A stretch of 64,000 bases of DNA, from the NCBI GenBank assembly GCA_963751455.1, contig CAVVUN010000001.1:640001-704000 (forward strand). The letters run 5' to 3'. This DNA is from Nitrospirota bacterium (GTDB lineage: Bacteria; Nitrospirota; UBA9217). Of this stretch, positions 51,037 through 60,895 are shown piece by piece. The notes under the pieces were generated by a model. The model was not told the DNA's origin. It made no database searches and worked only from the letters and a program-made list of their open reading frames with translations. A program made the translations under genes and the position numbers. Every line of letters begins with the position of its first letter. Positions within the stretch are counted from its first letter, which is position 1.

Positions 51037-51087
51037 TAAGTATTGCGGCATCGCGAGTGCAGGGTGAAATTCGAAATGTTTTTATCC

Positions 51088-51666
51088 CTACCACGTCTTG
51101 TACGCCGAGCCGTCGATGGAGGTGGCGTCGCTTTTGGAGTATACGTCGAACACGTTATCGCCGCCCCACTCCGTTGAATTAGGCTCGTCCTTATAGGAGC
51201 GAAGTCCCCAGTTATTCGGATCTTCAGCGGACGAGAGCGGCACCATGGGATCGCGCGGTATACGCCTCAGATACTTCTTCGTCTTGTCGACGGCCCCGGC
51301 CATTTTGAGCGGCTCCGTGAGCAATTCGAGCGATTCCGGGTAATAGTCGAGGTCCGCCTTGCAGTAATCCGATGAGAGCTTTTCCGTCCCGGCACCGGGA
51401 GTACAATCCTTGCGGAATGCGTCGATCGCTCCGCGAAGAACACGAAGAGCGCTCCTCAGTTCCATCTCTTTCACTCGCTTCACGGTAATGCGCGATAGGG
51501 GCATGGCAGCGCTTGCAAGTATGCCCACGATCGCAATAACAACGAGAAGTTCTATCAGGGTAATCCCCTTTTCGGCCTTCATTGGAAATTGGAAATTGAA
51601 AATATCAAATTTTAAAAGTTTATTGTTCATTGTTTCATAATTCAATTTCCACTCTTCAATCTTCAA
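51088..51666 (-). CDS. Type II secretion pseudopilin (PulG/GspG-like)
   Basis: G-ITLIE prepilin site; KEMELRSALR, YLRRIPRDPM, WGLRSY. Start uncertain (51582-51666). Confidence 0.88.
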   Translation of the reverse strand: MKIEEWKLNYETMNNKLLKFDIFNFQFPMKAEKGITLIELLVVIAIVGILASAAMPLSRITVKRVKEMELRSALRVLRGAIDAFRKDCTPGAGTEKLSSDYCKADLDYYPESLELLTEPLKMAGAVDKTKKYLRRIPRDPMVPLSSAEDPNNWGLRSYKDEPNSTEWGGDNVFDVYSKSDATSIDGSAYKTW

Positions 51667-51696
51667 TTTTCAATTCGGCATTCTCAAGTGCGTTCC

Positions 51697-54042
51697 TTAC
51701 TTCACGACAACCTTCGCGCCACGAAGCTCGGCCTTGATCTGCTCGCGGTTGAAGCTTGTCAACTTTGCGTTCTTCAGGGCAACATCGGTTGAACCGCCCG
51801 ACTTGCCCTGGAATACCGCGCTGCACAGGTTTCCGTCGCCGGCAATGCCGCCCACGTCGCCGATACGGGTAAGATAAATGTCAACGGTTCCTGCTTTGAT
51901 GTTGTTCGAGAACAGGAATGAGGTTTGTTGGCCGTCCTTATTCAGAAGAGTCCCTTCGCTTGCCGCCTTGAATTCAACTACTTTCGGATCGTAGCTGAGT
52001 GTCAGGATCCCGCCGTACAGGTTTCTAACAGCCGACGCGGAAAGATCGAACCTGATTTCCTGTCCGACTGCCGCGGATATTTCCAGCGGCTTGATCTCCA
52101 CGACTGTTCCCGGAACGGTTGCCTGCGGGGCCGCTTGGGGCTGCCCGGGCGCCGGTTTCTGCTCAGCCGGCATGGGTGGCGCAGCTCCCGGCCCTGCTTT
52201 TGCCATATTTTCGAGCACGGTCGACTTATCAAGAGGTTTAGTCGCCGGTTTGGAACTCCTGCTTGTCGTCGTTACAAACAGCGGTTTTGTAGCATAGGTA
52301 TCTTCGGTCCCCGACCAGAAGTCTTGTACGTCCTTGGCGGGAATTTCCATGTTGCGGACGATATTGGGCGTAATCGACATCAGGATATCTGTCTTGATGG
52401 TATCATCACTCGACGAGGAAAAAAGCTTGCCGAGAATCGGGATATCGCCGAGGACAGGGATTTTCATGCGTCCTTTTCGTTCTTCGTCCTTGATCAGCCC
52501 GCCGATAATGACCGTCTCGCCGTCGCGAAGATTTATTATCGTGTCCGTATTCCGGGTCCCGAATTTGTACTGCCGCTGACCGTTTCCGAAATCCAGCGCA
52601 TCACCGAGGGTGCTGATTTCCAATCCCATTTTTAGCGTTACCGTATTATTGAGGTGTACGGTTGGTTCGATATTGAGCTTGATACCTACGTCCTTATACT
52701 CGAACGTCGACGTCACTGCCACGGCTGTCGTTGACTGGACGGTCGAGGTCTGGATCGGGATGCGGTCACCGATATGAAACTTGGCCTGTTTGTTGTTCAG
52801 AACTCGTACCCGCGGATTAGCCAGCGTCTGCGCGTCCGAGTCCTGTTTGATAAGGTTCAGGATAATGCCGGGGAGCGTCAGAAAAATATTTTCCGACGAG
52901 AGGTCCCGTACGTCTGCAAGCGTGAGGCTGGAAACCCCCGAAGTGCTCGTCCCGCTCTTGCCTACCGAGGCGCTCGCTGAAAGCCCTGGATTGAAGTTCC
53001 ACCCGTACTTCAAGGTATTGCTCCTCGATATTTCGAGAATTTCCACGTCGAGGATGACTTCTGCCTCTTTCAGGTCGTTCGCGTTGATTATTTTTTCGAT
53101 CAGCTTGATTTTCTCGGGAGTGTCCCTCACTGTGATGCAGTTCAGGACATCGTTAACATAGACCTTCTTGATATCGAGCATGGATCGAACCAGGTTCACG
53201 GCTTCCTTCGCCTTTGCATTGTTCAAATAGAAAGTTCTAACCACAAGGTCCTCGTACTGGTTCATCTTGGCCTTGTTCTTCGGGATAATAATGATTGTGT
53301 CCGTGTTCACTTTTTTCATAAAAAGTTTATTGGTCGAAAGCAGCAGGTTCAGGGCGTACTGAAACGACACATCCTTCACAAAAACCGTCACCGGCTGCGC
53401 TTTGACTTCTTCGTCAAACATGATATTGATGCCGGAAAGTTTCGAGAGCAGCTCGAAAACCTCCTTGATGTTGGTATTTTTAAAGTTCAGGGTAATCGGC
53501 TTGTCCGATACCAGCGTGAGCGCATCGTCCGGTTCCACCTCGGCCTTCATTTTCTGGAGTTTGTCGAGGGCATCGTGGTATTTCGCGTTTTCCGCGTCGA
53601 GTTCGACCGCCTGATTCAGTTCCGAAATGGCGTCCGATAGTCTGCCGAGTTCCATGAACGTCAGGGACGTTCGGTAGTGTTCCTCTGCCTGCTTTATGTT
53701 GAGCACCGATTTCAGCGCGCTCTGAATGGCGGCGTTTGAAGGGTTGAGGAACAGGGCCTGCTGCAGTTCCACAATCGCCTGGTCGAGCTTGCGCTCCTTC
53801 AGAAAGGCCCGGGCTTTTTTATAGTGCTGGTTGGCAGCGGTTTCCTCGGCACGGAGGAGTGCCGATCGGTACTCGATGTCCTGCGGCTCCTTTTTATTCG
53901 CCTCGCGATATTCCTTGACCGCGAGGTCCCATTCGTTTTGCCGGGAGTAATTTTCGCCGCGCTGGAATGCACGGGAACCTGCGCACCCGCCGACCGATAA
54001 GGCAACCACAAGCGCCATGATCGGAACCGCAATCTTCTTCAT
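51697..54042 (-). CDS. gspD: Secretin (GspD/PulQ-like) lipoprotein with N-terminal TPRs and a C-terminal cohesin-like domain
   Basis: VGG-C lipobox, TPR region, TLANPRVRV...AKFHIGDRIP, DVGIKL, DGETVIIGGLI, KIPVLGDIPILG.LF; SYDPKVV...G.LC..VF cohesin-like end. Confidence 0.9.
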   Translation of the reverse strand: MKKIAVPIMALVVALSVGGCAGSRAFQRGENYSRQNEWDLAVKEYREANKKEPQDIEYRSALLRAEETAANQHYKKARAFLKERKLDQAIVELQQALFLNPSNAAIQSALKSVLNIKQAEEHYRTSLTFMELGRLSDAISELNQAVELDAENAKYHDALDKLQKMKAEVEPDDALTLVSDKPITLNFKNTNIKEVFELLSKLSGINIMFDEEVKAQPVTVFVKDVSFQYALNLLLSTNKLFMKKVNTDTIIIIPKNKAKMNQYEDLVVRTFYLNNAKAKEAVNLVRSMLDIKKVYVNDVLNCITVRDTPEKIKLIEKIINANDLKEAEVILDVEILEISRSNTLKYGWNFNPGLSASASVGKSGTSTSGVSSLTLADVRDLSSENIFLTLPGIILNLIKQDSDAQTLANPRVRVLNNKQAKFHIGDRIPIQTSTVQSTTAVAVTSTFEYKDVGIKLNIEPTVHLNNTVTLKMGLEISTLGDALDFGNGQRQYKFGTRNTDTIINLRDGETVIIGGLIKDEERKGRMKIPVLGDIPILGKLFSSSSDDTIKTDILMSITPNIVRNMEIPAKDVQDFWSGTEDTYATKPLFVTTTSRSSKPATKPLDKSTVLENMAKAGPGAAPPMPAEQKPAPGQPQAAPQATVPGTVVEIKPLEISAAVGQEIRFDLSASAVRNLYGGILTLSYDPKVVEFKAASEGTLLNKDGQQTSFLFSNNIKAGTVDIYLTRIGDVGGIAGDGNLCSAVFQGKSGGSTDVALKNAKLTSFNREQIKAELRGAKVVVK

Positions 54043-54080
54043 CGTCCTCCTCCTGACCGTTCTTGTGCCATTCCCATCTC

Positions 54081-54689
54081 CTATTTCGCCGCTCCGGAAA
54101 GTTCAACACGCAATTCGACGCGGGTAGCTGTGTCGAGCAGGATCACAAAATCGTTGCCCGCATCCTTAATCGTGTAACTCTTGACGACCGTGTCTCCCCG
54201 CTTGTTTATGAACAGCTCTCCGTCCTTGGACAAAAAGAGTGAACTTTCCTTGTCCGTCACGTAACCCAGGAATCGGAACTTCGCGAGTTCGGCCCGTGCC
54301 GCTTCGGCCGCAGCCCGTGCTGCTTCAGCCGCGATCTCCTCGGGCGTCTTGACCGGGGGCGGCGGGGGCTCAGTGGGGGTAGGAGCGGTCACGGGTACCG
54401 GTACAGCTTTGGGCTTCGGCGGCGCAGGGTTCTCCATTCTGAAAATATCACGACTAACACCGGCGTATTTTTCCTGCCGGCGGCTGAGGAACATTTGAAG
54501 CGGGTCTGTAACGTCCGCCGGAGCTGCTATTCCTGTTCGGAGCGATGAAGTGGCAACCGCTCCCCGGGTGTATGTGAGAGGGGCAGTGGCCGGCTTATCT
54601 GCTGAGATGAAGCGGTATGTTATCAGCGCCGCCAGAACGGCAAACAGTGCAATCAGCGCTTTCTTCTGTTGTTCAGGGCTCGCTATCAT
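54081..54689 (-). CDS. PulP/PilP-position membrane-anchored Pro-rich protein
   Basis: N-terminal TM, RDIF, Pro-rich linker, FRFLGY; located between the PilO-like gene and the secretin. Confidence 0.7.
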   Translation of the reverse strand: MIASPEQQKKALIALFAVLAALITYRFISADKPATAPLTYTRGAVATSSLRTGIAAPADVTDPLQMFLSRRQEKYAGVSRDIFRMENPAPPKPKAVPVPVTAPTPTEPPPPPVKTPEEIAAEAARAAAEAARAELAKFRFLGYVTDKESSLFLSKDGELFINKRGDTVVKSYTIKDAGNDFVILLDTATRVELRVELSGAAK

Positions 54690-55261
54690 TGTTCACTACG
54701 CCCCTTCACATAGGTCACCAGTTTAATAAGGAGCTTTACCGTGCCCTTGTCTGAATCCATCTTGACGTCTTGAATCCCGATTGGTCGGTCAGAAGTTTCC
54801 ACTTCGAAGATAAAGCGCTTCACGTCCGCATACCTGCCTTCGACCGGAAACGAAAAGGTCAGTACCGCGACCTCTTCTCCGCCGAGATTTGGGATATCGT
54901 AATCAATCCCGGAAACAGCGAGATTCAGTCCGCGCGCTTTCTGAACAAGCTCTTTCACAATCAGCGGCATATCTTTTTGTGTCGGCATCCCTGACTTGAT
55001 GCCCATAAGCTGCTGTCTTTGCTTTTGGAAGAGCACCGCTTCGGTGCGCCTTTTTTTAAGCTCGGCGTACTGGGTTTCGCTGATTTTCAGCCTCTCGGTT
55101 GCCGGAACGATGAACGTAGAATACAGGAGCAGGTCCAGGAAAAGAAGCGCCGCGCAAATGAAAAAAACATTGCGCAGCCCGCTATTTTCCTTGAGCCACG
55201 CCGGCACTTTTATTTTCGGAATAGTGTGCGACAACATTAAAGGATATACTCCCCTTGTCAA
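54686..55261 (-). CDS. PilO/GspM-like assembly protein
   Basis: TM plus coiled coil, FPVEGRYADVKRFIFEVE; start uncertain. Confidence 0.8.
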   Translation of the reverse strand: MTRGVYPLMLSHTIPKIKVPAWLKENSGLRNVFFICAALLFLDLLLYSTFIVPATERLKISETQYAELKKRRTEAVLFQKQRQQLMGIKSGMPTQKDMPLIVKELVQKARGLNLAVSGIDYDIPNLGGEEVAVLTFSFPVEGRYADVKRFIFEVETSDRPIGIQDVKMDSDKGTVKLLIKLVTYVKGRSEQ

Positions 55262-55724
55262 TCGACTGGTGTTTGAGATAGGGATCTTTGAACCGGGCGG
55301 ACTTTTCCAGTCCTACTATCAGGTTCCTGAGCGATTCAGGCGAGTGCGCCAACCCGTCAAGCGTCAGGACACGGTCCCGGGGGTTTAAATCGATATGATC
55401 GACCGCCACGCCGACGGGGAAACTATTTTCAATGTCGGTCAAAAGCCTTGTCCAGGAAAACCTGCGCGTTTCCATGAGGCCCGACATGGAGATGAGGTCC
55501 TGCATGACCCGGTCGCGTTCGGCCAGGAGAGGACTCAGGGCCTCCTCGGCGGCTTTAAGTTCTTTGACTTTCCGGTCCAGCAACGCGCTTTCCGTGCGCA
55601 GCCCGGCGCCGACCCGGATGATCAGCACAGACGCAATAGCCAGCAGAACCGCGCCTATAGTCAGTCCATTCTGAATCCGGGTGATAAGACGGTAACTCTT
55701 GCTGGAGAAATTGATCGATATCAT
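55182..55724 (-). CDS. PilN-like assembly protein
   Basis: INF motif at the N-terminus, TM, coiled coil, SWTRLL.DIE..FP.GV. Confidence 0.85.
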   Translation of the reverse strand: MISINFSSKSYRLITRIQNGLTIGAVLLAIASVLIIRVGAGLRTESALLDRKVKELKAAEEALSPLLAERDRVMQDLISMSGLMETRRFSWTRLLTDIENSFPVGVAVDHIDLNPRDRVLTLDGLAHSPESLRNLIVGLEKSARFKDPYLKHQSIDKGSISFNVVAHYSENKSAGVAQGK

Positions 55725-56662
55725 AGGGCGCCTCCAGCCCCGAAGGCAGCCGCCATTTCCGGTCCGGTTTCCGCAGCAGAGGGAAAAACCCGGGCCGGAA
55801 CGAGTACTTCGGCGTTGAGCGTTGAAACCGCCCCCAACTCTTCGACAAGATGGTCACGCAGAGGCGATTCGCCTGAAATGTAAAGATGCGGCGCTTCGGC
55901 TTGCTGGCCACGGTCAAGATGCGTATAAAAATGAAGCGAATCTTCGATTTCCCGCATCATTCGCGACCGGATATCGATCGAATTCCCCCGTTTTATCTCC
56001 TTAAAGCGGTAAAATCGTACGCTGCCATTCTCCGCGATGATTGTTGTGAGCGAATCCTCGGTCACATGCATCAAAGCCGCTAATTTTGATTTCTTGATTA
56101 TGTAGGGGGCATAGAAATTCAGGGTATGAAAGGACGAGAGTCCCACGCTCCAGGGTTCCAGGCCCAGTCCCTTGAGCAGGGTTTCGTATTGCGATAGTAC
56201 ACTCTGCTTTGCAGCGCAAACCAGGACCGTAAAACCGTTACTCTGGCGCAGAACCTGGTGCCGAACCACGCTGTCGGCAATGTCGAATGCAGCTGTCTTT
56301 TCCAGACGCCACCGGATGAGTTGCTCGCGCTCCCGCCCGCTTCTGGGAAGTTGATCGAACTCAAGCGTTTGTACACGAAAAATGCCGTCAGACAGGCTCA
56401 GTCCGGCCCGACAGGCGTTTTTTGCGGACAGACTGTCCATGCAATCGTGGAGAACACGGTTCAGCCCTTCAGGATCCTGGATATTGGGTGATCCGTAATT
56501 TTCAGAAACCATGTTCTCCGGCAGGTCGACCTTTTTAACGGAAAGAACACCGGGACGCAGGCCGTTGCCTGACAGAGCAACCATTCTCACCGCGGCAGAG
56601 GTTATTTCTAAACCCAAAACCGGTCTTCTGGTAAAAAGCAATGAAATCGGCAACATTGCCAT
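55721..56662 (-). CDS. PilM/GspL-like cytoplasmic actin-like assembly protein
   Basis: LGLEIT...VRMV, IRWRL, EIEDSLHFY, AAAFGA; first gene of the M-N-O-P-Q run. Confidence 0.82.
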   Translation of the reverse strand: MAMLPISLLFTRRPVLGLEITSAAVRMVALSGNGLRPGVLSVKKVDLPENMVSENYGSPNIQDPEGLNRVLHDCMDSLSAKNACRAGLSLSDGIFRVQTLEFDQLPRSGREREQLIRWRLEKTAAFDIADSVVRHQVLRQSNGFTVLVCAAKQSVLSQYETLLKGLGLEPWSVGLSSFHTLNFYAPYIIKKSKLAALMHVTEDSLTTIIAENGSVRFYRFKEIKRGNSIDIRSRMMREIEDSLHFYTHLDRGQQAEAPHLYISGESPLRDHLVEELGAVSTLNAEVLVPARVFPSAAETGPEMAAAFGAGGAL

Positions 56663-56741
56663 TTATAATATCAAGGTATGAGGGGGAAGTCAATTAGTAA
56701 TACGGGGAATGCTCCCGCAGCCGCGGGTTAGAGAGGGATTT

Positions 56742-56931
56742 TCGCGCGAAAGCGCCAAGATGCGAAGAATGCATAGTCAAGATACTGATGCCTTCGTAAA
56801 AAAAGTCCGTCTCACACAAAGTCACGAAGCCACAAAGAAAAAGATACGTCTTTATGGAATTATCTTCGTGTTTCCGTGCCTCCGTGTGAAAATCTGATTT
56901 TATTTTGAAAAATCCGCCCCAATCCGCGTCC
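56742..56931. repeat. Cluster of degenerate 8/9-mer palindromic elements
   Basis: tcacacaaagtcacgaagccacaaag ... cttcgtgtttccgtgcctccgtgtga, plus flanking partial arms. Confidence 0.55.
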
Positions 56932-56972
56932 AAAGGCTCTTTCCAGGTTCATCGGTTTGAGACATTGCCTCA

Positions 56973-59875
56973 TTATGGTATCACTCTTATATTGTCCACT
57001 CCCTCGAACGTCATCGTCCCCACCCTCCCTGTTACATGCACCGGCACCTGCTCCCCATTCGAGAGAAGATTGATGACCTCGCTCCGGTTGAACTTGACCA
57101 TAAGGTCGGGAATTCGATCTTTATCATGATCTCCGATTGCATACGGCCGCGCCTCGGCCGGTACCTGTCCTGAGCCTGTCGAAGGGCCCTCCAGCCGGAC
57201 CGATGAGATATCGATATCTGCCGGCTTATAATCGCCGGGCATTTCAATATAAACCACTACCCAGGTGCCCTTGCTCGCTCTGTTCAGAGTATCAGGATCG
57301 AAATCGATCGTGGCGTTGATGCTGGTTTTCGGCATGTGAATGGAGAACGCAGCCATGCTCATCCAGGGACCGTACCCGTCCCCATCAAAGGCCCGTGCCC
57401 GCCACTGATACGTCTTGTTATCAGACAGCGGATCATTGAGGGTTATTGATGTGATTCCTGTGTTGTCCTGGGCAACGCCGCTGATCGATTGCACCAGTAT
57501 GCCTTCGCTGTAGATCTCGAAATCGCAGGTAAGATCATCGCTGTCCGGATCCACTGCATTCGTTATCGAGAGCGTGGGCGTCGTTGTTGAAAGGCTGCTC
57601 CCTTCAGCAGGCGATGAGAGGCCCGGCGCGCCCGGTGAGTCATTGGCGGTATTTACGGTGAATTGGGAAAGGGCAGTCCAGGCGCTTACGGCTATTCCGT
57701 CAAAGGACCGGGCGCGCCAGTAATAAATCTGGTTTTCAATAAGCGATACCGGCACAGTCCACGAGGTAATTTGAGCTGTTTCAGCAAGGCCTGAGGCATT
57801 CCGGACCGGGTTCAACATAGCCGCATCACTATAGAGCTCGAATTCGTAAGTGAGAGCGTCTCCGTCAAGGTCCGCCGAGTTGTGCACGGACAATGTCGGC
57901 ATGAAAACATTCACGCCGGCATTGTTGGAAGGATTTGCGGGCAGCGGCGCTGTCGGGGCGTCGTTGGCAGTATTAGCAAAGAAAGATACCACTGACGACC
58001 AGGCGCTTTCGGCAGCGCCGTCGCTTGCCTTCGCTCGGAGATAGTATCGGGTATTGTCCCGGAGCCCATCCACGTGCCACATTGTCGTATCCTGCCCTGA
58101 GCCTGTCGAAGAGGCCTGTCCTGCCATAACAGCGCCCGACCTGATCACATTACCGGAATCGAAGGTCATGGCTGTATCAAGCTCGATAAAGTAGTTAATA
58201 ACCGCAGAATCAGGGTCAGTGCTGTTTGCGACAATAATATCGGCAGTAAGGGCAGACACCGTAGAATTATCGGCCGGCATGGTTATCGAAGGCGCAGTAG
58301 GCGCGTCATTAGACGTGTTCACGAAGAACCGGGAAGTGACTGACCACGGTCCTTCATCCAGCCAGTCATCAGCCTGCGCTCTCCAGTAATACCAAACATT
58401 CTCCTCAAGGCTCAGGGTCGGCTGCCACGAAGTATTGCCTTGGCCGCTCAATACGCCTTTTGCAGATATCACGATGCCGGCAAAATCAGGATCCTGTGCC
58501 ACATCGAAATTATACGTGAGGCTGGCGCTGTCCGGATCAGCCGCATTGGTGACAGTCAGAATTGGAGTAAGAACGGACACATCTGTGCCATCTGCAGGGC
58601 TCGTTGGAATAGGCGCAGTCGGCGGATCATTCACGGTGTTGACCCTGAAAGATGCCGGCCTGTCCTGAGCAGAGTCGATGGACATCCATGGCCCGTACAA
58701 CTTCCCGTCATATGCTCGTGTACGCCAGTAATAGGTCTGGTTTTCGGAAAGGGCCACGGCTACGATCCATTTTGTGATTCCGGCCTGTTCGGAGACCGTG
58801 CCGGAGGAACTGGTGATGAGATTCGCTAAGCCGGGGTCGCTGTACACCTCAAACTCATACAAGAGCTTGTCGTCGTTCGGATCTGACGCATTATTCACAG
58901 AAAGCTCAGGAAAGAAGGTCAGGACATCCGCAGCCTGTCCGGGCCCGGCGAGCGACGGCGCGGACGGCGCCCCTTCGACCCTGAAGTAGGTCCCGGCAAG
59001 GGTCTCTTCCACCCCGGCGATATTTGCCCGCAGAATAACCAGGTAATCCCTGGCGCTGTAGTTTGTGGTGTTGATTGAAGCGGAATTGCTGGACGTTGCA
59101 CCCATGGCAACGCTAGCTTGATCAGTGATCGTGTCGTATATCGACTCGTTTACTGCATGGACGGTCAGGACCGAGAGCGCAATGTTCTCAAGATCGGTAT
59201 TTCCCGTGTTCGTTACGCCATACGAGATCGTCACTGTCTCGCCGGACAGCAGGCTCTGCTTGTCTACGGCAATCTGGCCCTTGAGCATGGCTGAAGGTTT
59301 GAGCGTATTCGCGATCACAACGTTCTGCGTGCCCGTGGCAATGACCGTACCTGTCGCATCTTTTATCTCAAGAGTTACGGGATATGTCCCCGAAGCATAG
59401 GTTCCCGTGTTCCAGTAACTCTTGAACGTGTACGCGGCCCCGGGCATGAGGGTGGATATGGTCTTCGTTTCGACGAAGACCGGACCGTTTAAACCGATTA
59501 AACTGTTTGATCCGCTTGAACTGATCTCTACCCGGGCCGACAGGTTTTCAAAAGCATAGTTCCCGCTCAAGCTCGTAACTGTCGAAGAAAGCGTTATTGT
59601 CTCGTTCGGGCTGTAGGAGATTTTGTCTACAGTCACCATTGCGTCCATCCGCTTGTCCGGGGCAATGGTAAAGCCGGCGCTCGCTCGTGATATGATTCGT
59701 CCTTCCTCAATGAGCTCCGCAATTAATTTGTAATCCCCTGCCAACGTCTTGCCAGTATTCCATGTCTGCGGAATGGTCCCGCTCCCGTTCGGCCCAAGGC
59801 TGACAGAAACGGCCTGCGCAATCGTCGCAATGAGGTTCCCGGCATTGTCCTGGACAACCAGGTTGAGGCTGAGGC
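56973..59875 (-). pseudogene. Giant protein 2, C-terminal segment: Ig-like domains, five Fn3-like repeats and a C-terminal IDFDPDTLN domain
   Basis: Repeats P.AP....P......P.L.V.N..D.D.D.L.Y.FE...Y.WR.RA.DG...W. The frame opens upstream of the track start (LSLNLVVQDNAG...) back to an indel at about 59873. Confidence 0.82.
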
Positions 59876-60895
59876 GCGCGAGGAATCTAAGGTGTTGGCT
59901 GCAGCAATGGTTATCCGCGCATTCTCATTAGCCTGGTACCCGGTCTTGTCCAGGCTGATTGACGAAGTCAATCCCGAGGACTGGATAAAGAGCGCCTGTG
60001 ACACGCTATTATTTTCCTCTTTGCTTTCCGCTATGGCATTCGCGGGATCAATCGTGATGACAATGCTTTTCTGACCCGCCATTCCCGTGGTATCGATGAC
60101 AGCCTGTATTGTCGCTGTCTGACCGAGTTCGAGTACGGGATAAATCGTCTTCGTTTCGCCGAAGACTTCACTCCCAGCTCCGGAATCATCGCTCCGGACC
60201 GATACACGCACGGAAATGTTTCCTGTCCTGCTGCCGCGGTTCGTGATCGTGGCGCTGACAGCGACCTGATCGCCCTCCCTTGGAGAAGCAGGAGCGATCA
60301 CGATGTTTCCGCTACTAATCGAAAGATCCGGAAGCATAGGCGACTGGACGGATAATTCAACAAGCGCGAGGTTGTTCGCCTTGCCTGATTCAGAGAGGAT
60401 ATTTTCCGGGTCGATCGCGACATACAGCATGTTCGTGCCCGGATGCCCGAGGGTGTCGAAGGTAAATAACGCTGCTGCCGATGTTCCGGGATTGAGGGAG
60501 AAAATGACCTGGTCCGCTCCGATTCTCTGTCCCCCGTTTAATGGGTTCCCGTTATAAAGTCTGACAGCGATGTTCGATGCCGCTGATGCGCCGATGTTCC
60601 GGATGTTCGCTGTTATGGGAATGATACTGCCTTCTGTATACGGCCCTGCGGGAAGGGTGATGTCCTCTGATGTTATGGCAAGGTCCGGCAGACCCTCAAC
60701 GAACGTGATATCAATTGCCGCCTGGTTGTCGTCCTCGCGGCATTCCGGAATCAGATTCGCGCTGTCCATAACCGCGTAAACATGATGCAACCCGATGCTG
60801 CCGCCTGCCCAGCTGTATCCAAGGTCCTGGTACTCTCCAGGCGCAAGGGCTTTCGTGGTGGATATTGTACCGATGACGATATTGGCTGTTGGATT
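59870..60895 (-). pseudogene. Giant protein 2, middle segment: tandem CARDB domains
   Basis: LPDLAI...NIG...DPEN...E..K.NN occurs twice; bounded by -1 indels at about 60894 and about 59873. Confidence 0.8.
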
